Below are positions 1 through 7,702 of a stretch of 64,000 nt of DNA, one piece after another. The position numbers were made by a program, and so were the translations under genes. The notes below the pieces were generated by a model. The model was not told where the DNA came from and did no database searches. It saw only the letters and a list, made by a program, of their open reading frames with translations. The stretch is from a virus, in IMG/VR virus record IMGVR_UViG_3300036828_000568, positions 11,159-75,158 of that record, one strand, 5' to 3'. The number at the start of each line of letters is the position of its first letter. The first letter of the stretch is position 1.

Positions 1-65
1 TGGGGGAGCAGGCTATTTGTTCAGGTATCCTGGCCGGGAAACTACGAAATAACAAGGGTTGAACT

Positions 66-251
66 ATGACCGTGTGGGCAGACGACGACGAGGGTCAGGT
101 GCAAGTCGAATTCGATTTCGATGAGAAAAATGCATGGCTCGTGTTCAACAAAGAAACATCCGTGCTGCTAATGTCGCATAAAGAGGCTGTGGAGTTCGGG
201 AAGCAATGGGCAGAAATGTTGGCAAAGATAGAGCAGAAGGGAGGAGGGTAG
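66..251 (+). CDS. hypothetical phage protein
   Basis: 61 aa ORF; followed 1 nt later by the next ATG, which has a GGAGG RBS. Confidence 0.55.
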   Translation: MTVWADDDEGQVQVEFDFDEKNAWLVFNKETSVLLMSHKEAVEFGKQWAEMLAKIEQKGGG

Positions 252-252
252 A

Positions 253-465
253 ATGGCGAGTGGTATAAATGAACCTGTCCAAAGAGTTCTTTTTGCTTTA
301 GATAGAATAATTCGTAGTGCAGAAGAAAAAGAAGCACGTGAATTATTTGACGCGGTTTTTGATTTAAGGCACGTTTGCATGAAAACCGGGAGGAAGTGGT
401 CGTGGCCCTTCAATTGGGTAATGGACCATTTGGAAACAGAAATGGAAAATTACGACAACAAATAG
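253..465 (+). CDS. hypothetical phage protein
   Basis: 70 aa ORF with GGAGGAGG RBS upstream. Confidence 0.6.
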   Translation: MASGINEPVQRVLFALDRIIRSAEEKEARELFDAVFDLRHVCMKTGRKWSWPFNWVMDHLETEMENYDNK

Positions 466-475
466 GAGGAAAAAA

Positions 476-715
476 GTGTACAATTTTACGGTGGGAGTAC
501 AGCGGTTTTTAGGGGAAAAATTCTGGTGGTTCTGGGGTTTAGCAGAATTTTTAAGGGAAAAATTCAGTATAACCGTGGTCAATTGTACGCGGAGTACTTC
601 AAAATTGTACTCTAAAATGGCTATAATAGCGCACGTAAGGAGTTGTACAATTTGTACACTTTGTACAGAAGGAATCTTCGCGAAAGTTTACCAGGGTGTC
701 TCACATGGTACACGC
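476..715. repeat. non-coding GTAC/TGTACA-rich tract with an imperfect direct repeat (TTTTTAgGGGAAAAATTC / TTTTTAaGGGAAAAATTC); candidate origin or terminus region
   Basis: 9 GTAC palindromes in about 235 bp; AT-rich; function is inference. Confidence 0.45.
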
Positions 716-799
716 GTATTTAGGTCGCTAGATGTGGCTTTTTTGTGGCAATCTTGGCCCAAAAACTTCTTTATCTTCGCGGACAATTTCCTCTGTATC

Positions 800-828
800 T
801 TGACTTGCTTTCCCCGATTCATTATGCT
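800..828 (+). promoter_or_regulatory. sigma70-type promoter
   Basis: TTGACT-N17-TATGCT upstream of the 891 gene, which has an AAGGAG RBS. Confidence 0.65.
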
Positions 829-890
829 TTACTGCGTCGGTAGCTGGCCCATACCGGTCCAGCACAAGCCATGGGAAAGGAGCACTTATC

Positions 891-1334
891 ATGGCCCAGA
901 AACCCAAGCAACTGAAGTCCGCTGCCGAGGCCCTCCACGATGCGAAGGTCCGGGTGGACCCCAAGACCATACCGGTCGCACCGGCGCAAGAAGATCAGAA
1001 GTCTGTGCCTGCGGCACAGGCGAAAGATCAGAAAGACGCCCCTGCGTCCACGAAGAAGTCCTCGAGCGCCGTCCAGAAGTGGAAGGCGGTTACGGCGGAC
1101 AAAACCCTCTGCACTCTCGACATGACCATTACGGTCAAGCCGGAATTCCGGGCCAAGAACCCCAAGCGCGATAGCGCGAGGGCCAAGGCGGCCACCCGGT
1201 TCAACCTGTATGTCGATGGCCAGAAGGTCCGCGAGTACATCGATCTTTGCCACACCAAGACGGGCCGCGCCAAGTCGGCGGCCCACGCTGATGTGCGCTG
1301 GGACTATGCACAGGGCTGGATCAACTGCAAGTAA
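891..1334 (+). CDS. small basic putative DNA-binding protein (NPK..RF..Y..ADxxWD domain)
   Basis: AAGGAG RBS, high-GC3 codons, Lys/Ala-rich N-terminus; C-terminal domain visibly similar to 51213..51617. Confidence 0.75.
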   Translation: MAQKPKQLKSAAEALHDAKVRVDPKTIPVAPAQEDQKSVPAAQAKDQKDAPASTKKSSSAVQKWKAVTADKTLCTLDMTITVKPEFRAKNPKRDSARAKAATRFNLYVDGQKVREYIDLCHTKTGRAKSAAHADVRWDYAQGWINCK

Positions 1335-1352
1335 TCCAGCACCAAAGGAAAG

Positions 1353-1375
1353 GGAGGGAGCGATCCCTCCTTTTT
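1353..1375 (+). terminator. intrinsic terminator
   Basis: GGAGGGA-GCGA-TCCCTCC stem-loop followed by TTTTT. Confidence 0.8.
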
Positions 1376-1384
1376 CCTTCTTTC

Positions 1385-1610
1385 ATTCTCGCGGAAAGAA
1401 TCCCTCCAGCAGATCTTCGCGAAAGAATCTTTCTTCAGGACAGAATCTTTCTTGTATCATTTCAGCAACACTGTGGCCTGAATGATTGATGTTGCTCGCA
1501 ACACACGGTAATTCAGCAACATGTTGCAGATATGTTGTAGAAAGAATCTTTCATGTTGCTCAGCCTCCAGTGTTGCATCAGCCTATTGTGCTGATTCTGC
1601 AACTGTGGTA
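1385..1610. repeat. non-coding tract of short repeats (AGAATCTTTC; GCAACA/TGTTGC)
   Basis: multiple copies of each motif seen directly. Confidence 0.5.
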
Positions 1611-1686
1611 AAATTACCACGAATGCCTTTTGGGAAGCCATGCATCATCTGCATACCAGCTATGCAATTCAACATGCATATTTTGC

Positions 1687-1715
1687 TTTACATCTTCGCA
1701 AAGCTTTGGTATCGT
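1687..1715 (+). promoter_or_regulatory. sigma70-type promoter
   Basis: TTTACA-N17-TATCGT with extended TG; the spacer carries ATCTTCGCAAAG. Confidence 0.45.
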
Positions 1716-1782
1716 GTTTGCATGGTTAGGGCAATAGTGTCCTATTCCATACGGGCATACCGCCCATTCCATAGGTGTTAAA

Positions 1783-2220
1783 ATGAATACCACTACCCTC
1801 GTTACCACTACGGCTCCCGCCCCTCAGGTGTCGCTCTCCGAGCGTTCGCACCCTATGGGCAAGTCCGGCCACGTCCGGGCATGGCGCGCTCAGTATAAGG
1901 CATGGCGCGTCCAGGCTCCGGCTTCCGACGCCACCATCCGCATCCTGCCGCAAGGCCGGTCGCCATGGGGGCGCGATACGGAGGGTGCGGTTTTCTACAC
2001 TGCGCTCGCCAAGGGTGCCACGTTCCAGGCGGTCATGGATTTGGCCGCAAAGGCGGGCATCAAGTACATCCCCGCGCTCAAGCATCTGGCGTGGGCGTAT
2101 ACCGCGAATGCGGCATACCTCGAGGTCGGTGGCCAAGTCTGGTCAATGCCGCAAGCCACGGCTCCGGTCGCAGCTCCGGTCGTTGCCAAGGGCAAGGGCA
2201 AGGGCTCCAAAAAGTCCTAA
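1783..2220 (+). CDS. small basic putative DNA-binding protein, possible distant paralog of 891..1334
   Basis: high-GC3 ORF, Lys-rich tail KGKGKGSKKS, followed by hairpin GGGTGTGGC-GTAAAT-GCCACACCC. Confidence 0.7.
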   Translation: MNTTTLVTTTAPAPQVSLSERSHPMGKSGHVRAWRAQYKAWRVQAPASDATIRILPQGRSPWGRDTEGAVFYTALAKGATFQAVMDLAAKAGIKYIPALKHLAWAYTANAAYLEVGGQVWSMPQATAPVAAPVVAKGKGKGSKKS

Positions 2221-2415
2221 CGCCTAGGTTCGTGTGGGGTGTGGCGTAAATGCCACACCCTCCATCCCTCCCACATATGGTGTTGCTCATGCGCAACTTC
2301 TTTTATTACCGCCTCATGCGCCGTCGCACTATGCGCCGTCGTATGCTGTTCTTGTATACAATGCGTCAGGCCCTCCAACAATCCCTCTAAGCCTCCAAAT
2401 ATCCTCCTCGACTCC

Positions 2416-2443
2416 GGCCCGCCTCGTGCGGGCCTTTTTATTT
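2416..2443 (+). terminator. intrinsic terminator
   Basis: GGCCCGC-CTCGT-GCGGGCC followed by TTTTTATTT. Confidence 0.7.
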
Positions 2444-2737
2444 GTCCATCATTCCAGAAAGAATCATTCCTATGTTATGGGCTCGGGCATCAGGGTCAGC
2501 GGTCCATCTACAGGAATCAACAGTCATTTTCCGTGGAATCCTCAAATACTTGTCACGCGCTTGATGAGAAGGAAACCTGATTTTGATGAGGAGCCAGAAA
2601 CAATTTGCTTTACAAACTCAAGCCCCTAGTCAAACGACTTATGATACAAGCACACTCCGACATAAGCCGCCACATATATCATCACAACGATCCCACCACA
2701 GACCCCCAGAAACACTATCACTTTAATAATCATTAGT

Positions 2738-3070
2738 TCAAACCCCCGGCCCCTGTCCCTTCCTTTTCAACCACTTCCTCTCTTCCAAAACATTTTTGAT
2801 AATAGTCCGTGCCGCCTCAGCAAATGACATCTCTACTATTTCATCAGGAGTTTCGTCTGGCAACCCTAAAACAGATCCCATAAACTGCAACCTCGCAGCA
2901 GCTTCCACCAATGCCATTTGAACTCCCACGATAGCAGTTCCGGCGCTTCCTTGCGAATCTTCATTCTGTTTCTTTTCAAAATATTTTTGGATCGCACCAT
3001 GAATCAGCGCGTAAGCTTCACTACGCGCGGCTTCAGCTTCTTGATGGTGTTTCTTAGTTAGCTTTATCAT
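2738..3070 (-). CDS. hypothetical protein
   Basis: start re-assigned to MIKLTKK (GAGAGG RBS); helical-looking 110 aa. Confidence 0.6.
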   Translation of the reverse strand: MIKLTKKHHQEAEAARSEAYALIHGAIQKYFEKKQNEDSQGSAGTAIVGVQMALVEAAARLQFMGSVLGLPDETPDEIVEMSFAEAARTIIKNVLEERKWLKRKGQGPGV

Positions 3071-3116
3071 GATGCCTCTCCGCAAAGAAGAAGAGGGGCA
3101 TTTGCGCCCCTCCTGA

Positions 3117-3473
3117 TTAGACTTGGTTTGCCTGGAAGGCGTCGAGTACCATCTGGTGATATTCGATCGGGATCCTTGGCATGTACAACGGTTGGTCGGG
3201 GCGGGGTATGATGGCCCACGATGGATAACCGCTGGAGCTTGGCCATCCGACAGGGTGGCCGGGGCCACCATCGTAGCGCCATGCCAGCCGAGCCTCGCCA
3301 TCCCACTGAATGAGGGCCAGTGTGTAGGTCAGCCGTTCCGTGGGACTTATGCCATCCCAACTTTCCGAGCCTTGGGGTTCCTTGCGTATTAGAATTTTTA
3401 GTATTCTTATACGAGCCTGGGGAAATAGGCAATCCTCCGGTTCGTATACCGTTGGTCTAGTCATCGTAGGCAT
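3117..3473 (-). CDS. conserved hypothetical protein (WD..RLAWRYDG..P.GWP.S.G.PSW motif)
   Basis: AAGGAG RBS and its own promoter at 3505-3533. Confidence 0.75.
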   Translation of the reverse strand: MPTMTRPTVYEPEDCLFPQARIRILKILIRKEPQGSESWDGISPTERLTYTLALIQWDGEARLAWRYDGGPGHPVGWPSSSGYPSWAIIPRPDQPLYMPRIPIEYHQMVLDAFQANQV

Positions 3474-3504
3474 GGCTATGCTCCTTTGCTCTTGCCAATG
3501 GTTA

Positions 3505-3533
3505 ATTATACTTTACACGAATAAGGAACACAA
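3505..3533 (-). promoter_or_regulatory. sigma70-type promoter (GTAAAG-adjacent class)
   Basis: minus strand TTGTGT-N17-TATAAT. Confidence 0.7.
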
Positions 3534-3536
3534 CCT

Positions 3537-3734
3537 CTAATGCTTCCTTATGTTTACTTCCTTTTTCTCTTCCCTGGTTAGTTCCCTCAGCCCATGCCCA
3601 TCATCCGTGATAGCCATCCCGTGGCCACATTCGTAGCAGATAACAAAGTCACCGGCCACAGGACCCCGGCCTGCGGGGCCTCCCGCTTCCATGAGGCCCT
3701 CTATTTCAACTCCACATTTGGTGCAGGCAGGCAT
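3537..3734 (-). CDS. small Zn-ribbon protein
   Basis: CTKC...CYEC; TAATG coupling to the upstream ORF. Confidence 0.6.
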   Translation of the reverse strand: MPACTKCGVEIEGLMEAGGPAGRGPVAGDFVICYECGHGMAITDDGHGLRELTREEKKEVNIRKH

Positions 3735-3910
3735 TACTCTACCCTCCACATCTTGGTAGCGTATGTCACAAGGTCCTTGAACATCAGCCGATCCAAGGCC
3801 ACATAATGATCCCCGCCCGCGCGGGGCGCGCGGAGCCATATGCTCCATCCATCGAACGATGCGTATAGGCCATCGCCCAGATATATTTCGTTTACAGCTT
3901 TTTCAGTCAT
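3734..3910 (-). CDS. 58 aa hypothetical phage protein (not in ORF track)
   Basis: hand translation MTEKAVNEIYLGDGLYASFDGWSIWLRAPRAGGDHYVALD...; ATGA/TAATG overlaps on both sides. Confidence 0.65.
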   Translation of the reverse strand: MTEKAVNEIYLGDGLYASFDGWSIWLRAPRAGGDHYVALDRLMFKDLVTYATKMWRVE

Positions 3911-4080
3911 GGTCTAGGGGTTGCCCTTAATCGTTTGCGTAGCTCTATCTTTTCTTCTTGGGTGAGGTTAAAGTTGTCGCTTATCCAGCGGCAAACATAG
4001 CAGACGTTGCGCTCATCAATCGCACCTATGGAATGTATTTCCAGGCCACATTCTTCACATGTGAATACCCTAGCAGTCAT
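3907..4080 (-). CDS. 57 aa Zn-ribbon protein (not in ORF track)
   Basis: hand translation MTARVFTCEECG...CYVCRW; overlaps its neighbours. Confidence 0.55.
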   Translation of the reverse strand: MTARVFTCEECGLEIHSIGAIDERNVCYVCRWISDNFNLTQEEKIELRKRLRATPRP

Positions 4081-4357
4081 AAACCTCTACCTCCGGCGGG
4101 CGTTCTTCTAGCATCTTTTTGTACTCGGGCATGTGCTGGATAGCTATGGCATTCAAGCCAGACCCTACCACTATCTGCATTCCACAGCTACGGCACTCGT
4201 ACAGGTCGGCTTGCCAGAGTTTATAGGATTCCCATTCAGAAGCAAATAGTTTCCCTGGGATTGCTCTTGGCTTCTTAGGCTTCATCTCCTGTACGCGAAT
4301 GCCGCATCGCGCCGGTTTGAAGAATGTGCCACATGAAACGCAGATAGGTTTCAGCAC
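4070..4357 (-). CDS. Zn-ribbon hypothetical protein
   Basis: CVSC...CRSC; GGAGG RBS. Confidence 0.65.
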   Translation of the reverse strand: MLKPICVSCGTFFKPARCGIRVQEMKPKKPRAIPGKLFASEWESYKLWQADLYECRSCGMQIVVGSGLNAIAIQHMPEYKKMLEERPPEVEVYDC

Positions 4358-5154
4358 GCCCTCCTCCTTCTGATATAGCGCCAGAACGCGAACGCGCCAA
4401 GCAAACCCGGTAATCCGGTGCCGACTATCGGACCTGGGACCGGGACTTGCTGATTTACCGGCGTAGTCATAATCAGCCCACCTACATCGCCCTGTGCAAA
4501 CGGAGGGTGCGTTCCACCAGTGAATGCGAACACCTCTGTAATCTTGAACTGTTGGCCTGGAAGCATGGCACTCAGTGTTATATCATCGATCCGCAGGCCA
4601 TTGCTGAACTGGTCCTGGCCCGCGAATGATGATGTACCTCCCACAAATGGTCCGCAGAATGGATTGGGTGTATTGCAGACTAGGACCTGGGTAGTCACTG
4701 TGTAGCCAGGAGTGCCTACTGCCGGGGTTTCGATCGTGCCCCATTTCGTAGGTAGCGTAATCATGGGGTTGCCCGTCAACGTGCCGGTCCACGAGGCGTA
4801 GAGGTACGCTGTCCCACCTTGGGGCGGAGCAAACCCATCGTTAAAGGTAAACTCGAATGTTGGGTTCGGACCTCCTAGACCGCCGCTGAACGTGTTGCCC
4901 CCTGGAGGGATAACTCCAGCAAAAATTTGGTCGAACCCGAAACCAGTGGGACCAGTTGGTAAAATCGGATTGCCGATAATCTGCACGTTTGGGGCTATGC
5001 CTCCAGGCGTCACAGTCCCGGTGTTGGTGCCGAGGATTGCAATACCAGTCATGCCAGCGCCAGGATCGAAGTAACCAACAGTCACAGTGTCAGCATTTGC
5101 TGCCAGAGGGCTGAGCAGCATGGTCGTAGCTAGTAACACAGAACGCATTTTCAT
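4351..5154 (-). CDS. secreted PEP-CTERM-like (VPGP..GxGLPG) surface protein
   Basis: signal peptide MKMRSVLLATTMLLSPLAANA; C-terminal VPVPGPIVGTGLPGLL-TM-RRRR; start re-assigned using the RBS and promoter. Confidence 0.8.
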   Translation of the reverse strand: MKMRSVLLATTMLLSPLAANADTVTVGYFDPGAGMTGIAILGTNTGTVTPGGIAPNVQIIGNPILPTGPTGFGFDQIFAGVIPPGGNTFSGGLGGPNPTFEFTFNDGFAPPQGGTAYLYASWTGTLTGNPMITLPTKWGTIETPAVGTPGYTVTTQVLVCNTPNPFCGPFVGGTSSFAGQDQFSNGLRIDDITLSAMLPGQQFKITEVFAFTGGTHPPFAQGDVGGLIMTTPVNQQVPVPGPIVGTGLPGLLGAFAFWRYIRRRRAC

Positions 5155-5191
5155 CGTGGGGTTCCTTTTCCTTTGCCCCCATGCCTTTTGC

Positions 5192-5220
5192 ATTTTACTT
5201 TACGGAAGTTAGGGATGCAA
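5192..5220 (-). promoter_or_regulatory. sigma70-type promoter (GTAAAG-adjacent class)
   Basis: minus strand TTGCAT-N17-TAAAAT. Confidence 0.65.
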
Positions 5221-5221
5221 G

Positions 5222-5470
5222 CTACCAAAGTTCTCTAAGGATCATTACAGATACAAGACCTGTAATAACAAGAAATGGATCCATGATCAAAGCGTAGGAC
5301 CATGGATGAAAGTATAAACCATCAACTACAGATGCAGTAACCGCTAGAGCAAAGATTACTAAATCTATTCGGCGTGCTTGGAATTTCCATATCCTTGGCC
5401 CTATATCTATATTGAGCCAGTCTAGAAACCGGTCAAACCATCGTGGCGTTTGTGGGATTGGTATTCTCAT
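5222..5470 (-). CDS. small membrane protein
   Basis: two hydrophobic segments; ATGA overlap with 5467..5745. Confidence 0.55.
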   Translation of the reverse strand: MRIPIPQTPRWFDRFLDWLNIDIGPRIWKFQARRIDLVIFALAVTASVVDGLYFHPWSYALIMDPFLVITGLVSVMILRELW

Positions 5471-5745
5471 TTGATACCGTACTTTTCTTCCAGTTGTTTG
5501 ATCCATACGTCTATTTCAGTTTCTTGTTTTTCTGGCATGGTTTTGGATTCTATTTTCATGCCTACACGTTTTCTTATTTCCTTTATTTCGTCTACTGTTT
5601 CGGCACGCATAATAAGATCATAAACGATATTAAATTCAATGCTTTGACGCCTTGCCTTAATTCGAACCATAGGAAATCCTGGGCGTGAAACATAGTGATA
5701 GCGTTTGCCATGGTTGTAAAACGATTTGAGGTGGGGGTATTTCAC
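5467..5745 (-). CDS. protein resembling the N-terminal arm-binding domain of alphaproteobacterial tyrosine integrases
   Basis: HGKRYHYVSRPG...RI....S.EF...Y pattern; no catalytic domain. Confidence 0.45.
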   Translation of the reverse strand: MKYPHLKSFYNHGKRYHYVSRPGFPMVRIKARRQSIEFNIVYDLIMRAETVDEIKEIRKRVGMKIESKTMPEKQETEIDVWIKQLEEKYGIK

Positions 5746-5866
5746 AACAGGAATATCATAGAATATAGGATGGCTATTTCGATATACATCATGATATTTT
5801 ACCGGAGGGGTTTGGGGAGAAGCCCCTCGCGCGTACGCGAGGGGTATTGTTTGATAGACCAGCGAG

Positions 5867-6541
5867 TTACGCTACAGCTTCACGTCGATACCACCATGCG
5901 AAACGCTTCTGGCGGAAACGAGCAAAGCCGAGCAACAGAAGACCGACTAGTCCCGGCAACCCTGCTCCAACGATTGGGCCAGGAACCGGAGCCGCAACAT
6001 CAACGCGATAATGCTCGAAGTCGGTGATAGTGCCACCGGTATCGCTTATCGTGAAGCTGTTGATGGTTTCGCCGTTGATGGCAGTCAACGTGAAGAAGTT
6101 TTGCCCCGGCCCGAGTGGGCCGAAGAGTGAGAGCAGGTCGAAGTTGACCGGCTTGGTTCCACCACCTGGCTCGTTCGCGGTCACGGCCACTGTCACGTCG
6201 CCGGTACCTGTGATTGAGAAGATGTCGGTGGCGGTGGGTAGCACCGTTGTCTTGTCTGCGGCAAAGACCTGCACACTCATACTGCCAAAGTCGTTGATCT
6301 TGATATCATTGCCTGAAGCTGCTCCGGTGAAACCAGTGCAGGTAACTAGGCAAGTGAAATCAACGAACCCTGTATGCTGGCCGTTGAAGCTGCCGACGAC
6401 AAGATTGCTACCGGCGACATGGCTGTCGAAGTTAACGAGATCACCTGTACTACCACCTGTGTCAGTGATGATCACGTCCGCCTTTGCAGGCATAACGGCG
6501 AGTCCCAAAAGCATGGTCCCCGCCAACAGATACTTTTTCAT
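5867..6541 (-). CDS. secreted PEP-CTERM-like (VPGP..GAGLPG) surface protein
   Basis: signal peptide MKKYLLAGTMLLGLAVMPAKA; C-terminal APVPGPIVGAGLPGLVGLLLLGFARFRQKR; AAGGA RBS. Confidence 0.85.
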   Translation of the reverse strand: MKKYLLAGTMLLGLAVMPAKADVIITDTGGSTGDLVNFDSHVAGSNLVVGSFNGQHTGFVDFTCLVTCTGFTGAASGNDIKINDFGSMSVQVFAADKTTVLPTATDIFSITGTGDVTVAVTANEPGGGTKPVNFDLLSLFGPLGPGQNFFTLTAINGETINSFTISDTGGTITDFEHYRVDVAAPVPGPIVGAGLPGLVGLLLLGFARFRQKRFAWWYRREAVA

Positions 6542-6649
6542 GTGCTAATGTCCTTTCGGTTGTTGCACATTACTGTTGGGGAAAGGTGATACTCGGTTTT
6601 TGTTATTTCATACACGACCCTCCTTCTTGGTTGTGTTCGACAACCTCCG

Positions 6650-6676
6650 AAAACCCGGTATCGTTGTACCGGGCTG
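6650..6676 (-). terminator. intrinsic terminator downstream of the tandem array
   Basis: minus strand AGCCCGGTA-CAACGA-TACCGGG-TTTT. Confidence 0.6.
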
Positions 6677-6744
6677 TAAAGCATTATTGCAGCATGATTT
6701 GCCGAACACAAGGCGTATTTTTTGTACAGAAAACTCGCGCGTCG

Positions 6745-7702
6745 TGGTACTTTCTTGTAGTATGGTTCGCTCACTTGCTGTGGTACACTCTTAGGTCGCC
6801 TGGCTCGCTCACGTCACAATGGTACTCTCGCCACTTTTGGCTCACTCCCGTTCTATGGTACTCTCCATATAGTTGGTTCGCTCTTCACCTATGGTACACT
6901 TGCTTCCGTTGGCTCGCTCTCCTGGTATGGTACTCTCCAGGTGATTGGCTCGCTCTTCTTCTATGGTACATTCTGCATTCTTGGCTCACTCACGTTTTAT
7001 GGTACTCTCCGTTGGGATGGCTCACTCGTACAGGATGGTACACTCAGTCAGGATGGCTCGCTCACTTTGTTTGGTACTCTCTGTCAATATGGCTCGCTTC
7101 ATTCGTATGGTACATTCGTGCGTCATGGCTCGCTTACACTTTATGGTACTCTTCAGGCTGTTGGCTCACTCCGCGGGTTTGGTACTCTTTGGTCTTGTGG
7201 CTCGCTTCCGTTCAATGATACACTCGACCAGGATGGCTCGCTCACCTCATATGGTACTCTAACCAGTTATGGCTCGCTCTTCGACGATGGTACACTCCCA
7301 ATACGTGGCTCGCTCTCATGATATGGTACTCTTCGAAGACATGGCTCGCTCTTGTGGGCTGGTACACTCGGTCGGGGTGGCTCGCTTCCTATGGTACACT
7401 CTATGAACATGGCTCGCTCAAGTTTCCTGGTACTCTTCCCCGCGCAGGTTCGCTCACCATTTATGGTACTCTTTCCCATAGTGGCTCACTCTTCTCGTAT
7501 GGTACACTCTGGCATGTTGGTTCGCTCGCAGTCTATGGTACTCTCTGCATGGGTGGCTCGCTTTCATCATATGGTACACTCAGGTGGGGTGGCTCGCTCT
7601 GTCTTATTGGTACACTCGACGCTTATGGCTCGCTCACGCACTATGGTACTCTCGTGTCGATTTGGCTCGCTCTCTGACTCTGGTACACTCACGCTTACTG
7701 GC
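6745..7702 (-). ncRNA. TIGR-like dual-repeat guide array (about 26-27 units of 36 nt)
   Basis: plus strand alternates TGGTACWCTY (27 copies, 6745..7681) and TGGYTCRCTY (26 copies plus a degenerate one at 7699) at 18-bp spacing with unique 8-9 nt spacers; abuts the stop codon of a Nop-domain gene. Confidence 0.9.

Noticed and set aside
476-1174. 232 aa plus-strand ORF
   Set aside because: Spans the repeat tract and a promoter and overlaps the well-supported 891..1334 gene in another frame
1381-1700. Second guide-like array
   Set aside because: Short repeats lack a fixed period or an alternating repeat-spacer structure; kept only as a regulatory repeat tract
6745-7702. CRISPR array
   Set aside because: Repeats are 9-10 bp of two alternating types with 8-9 nt spacers, and no cas genes are present
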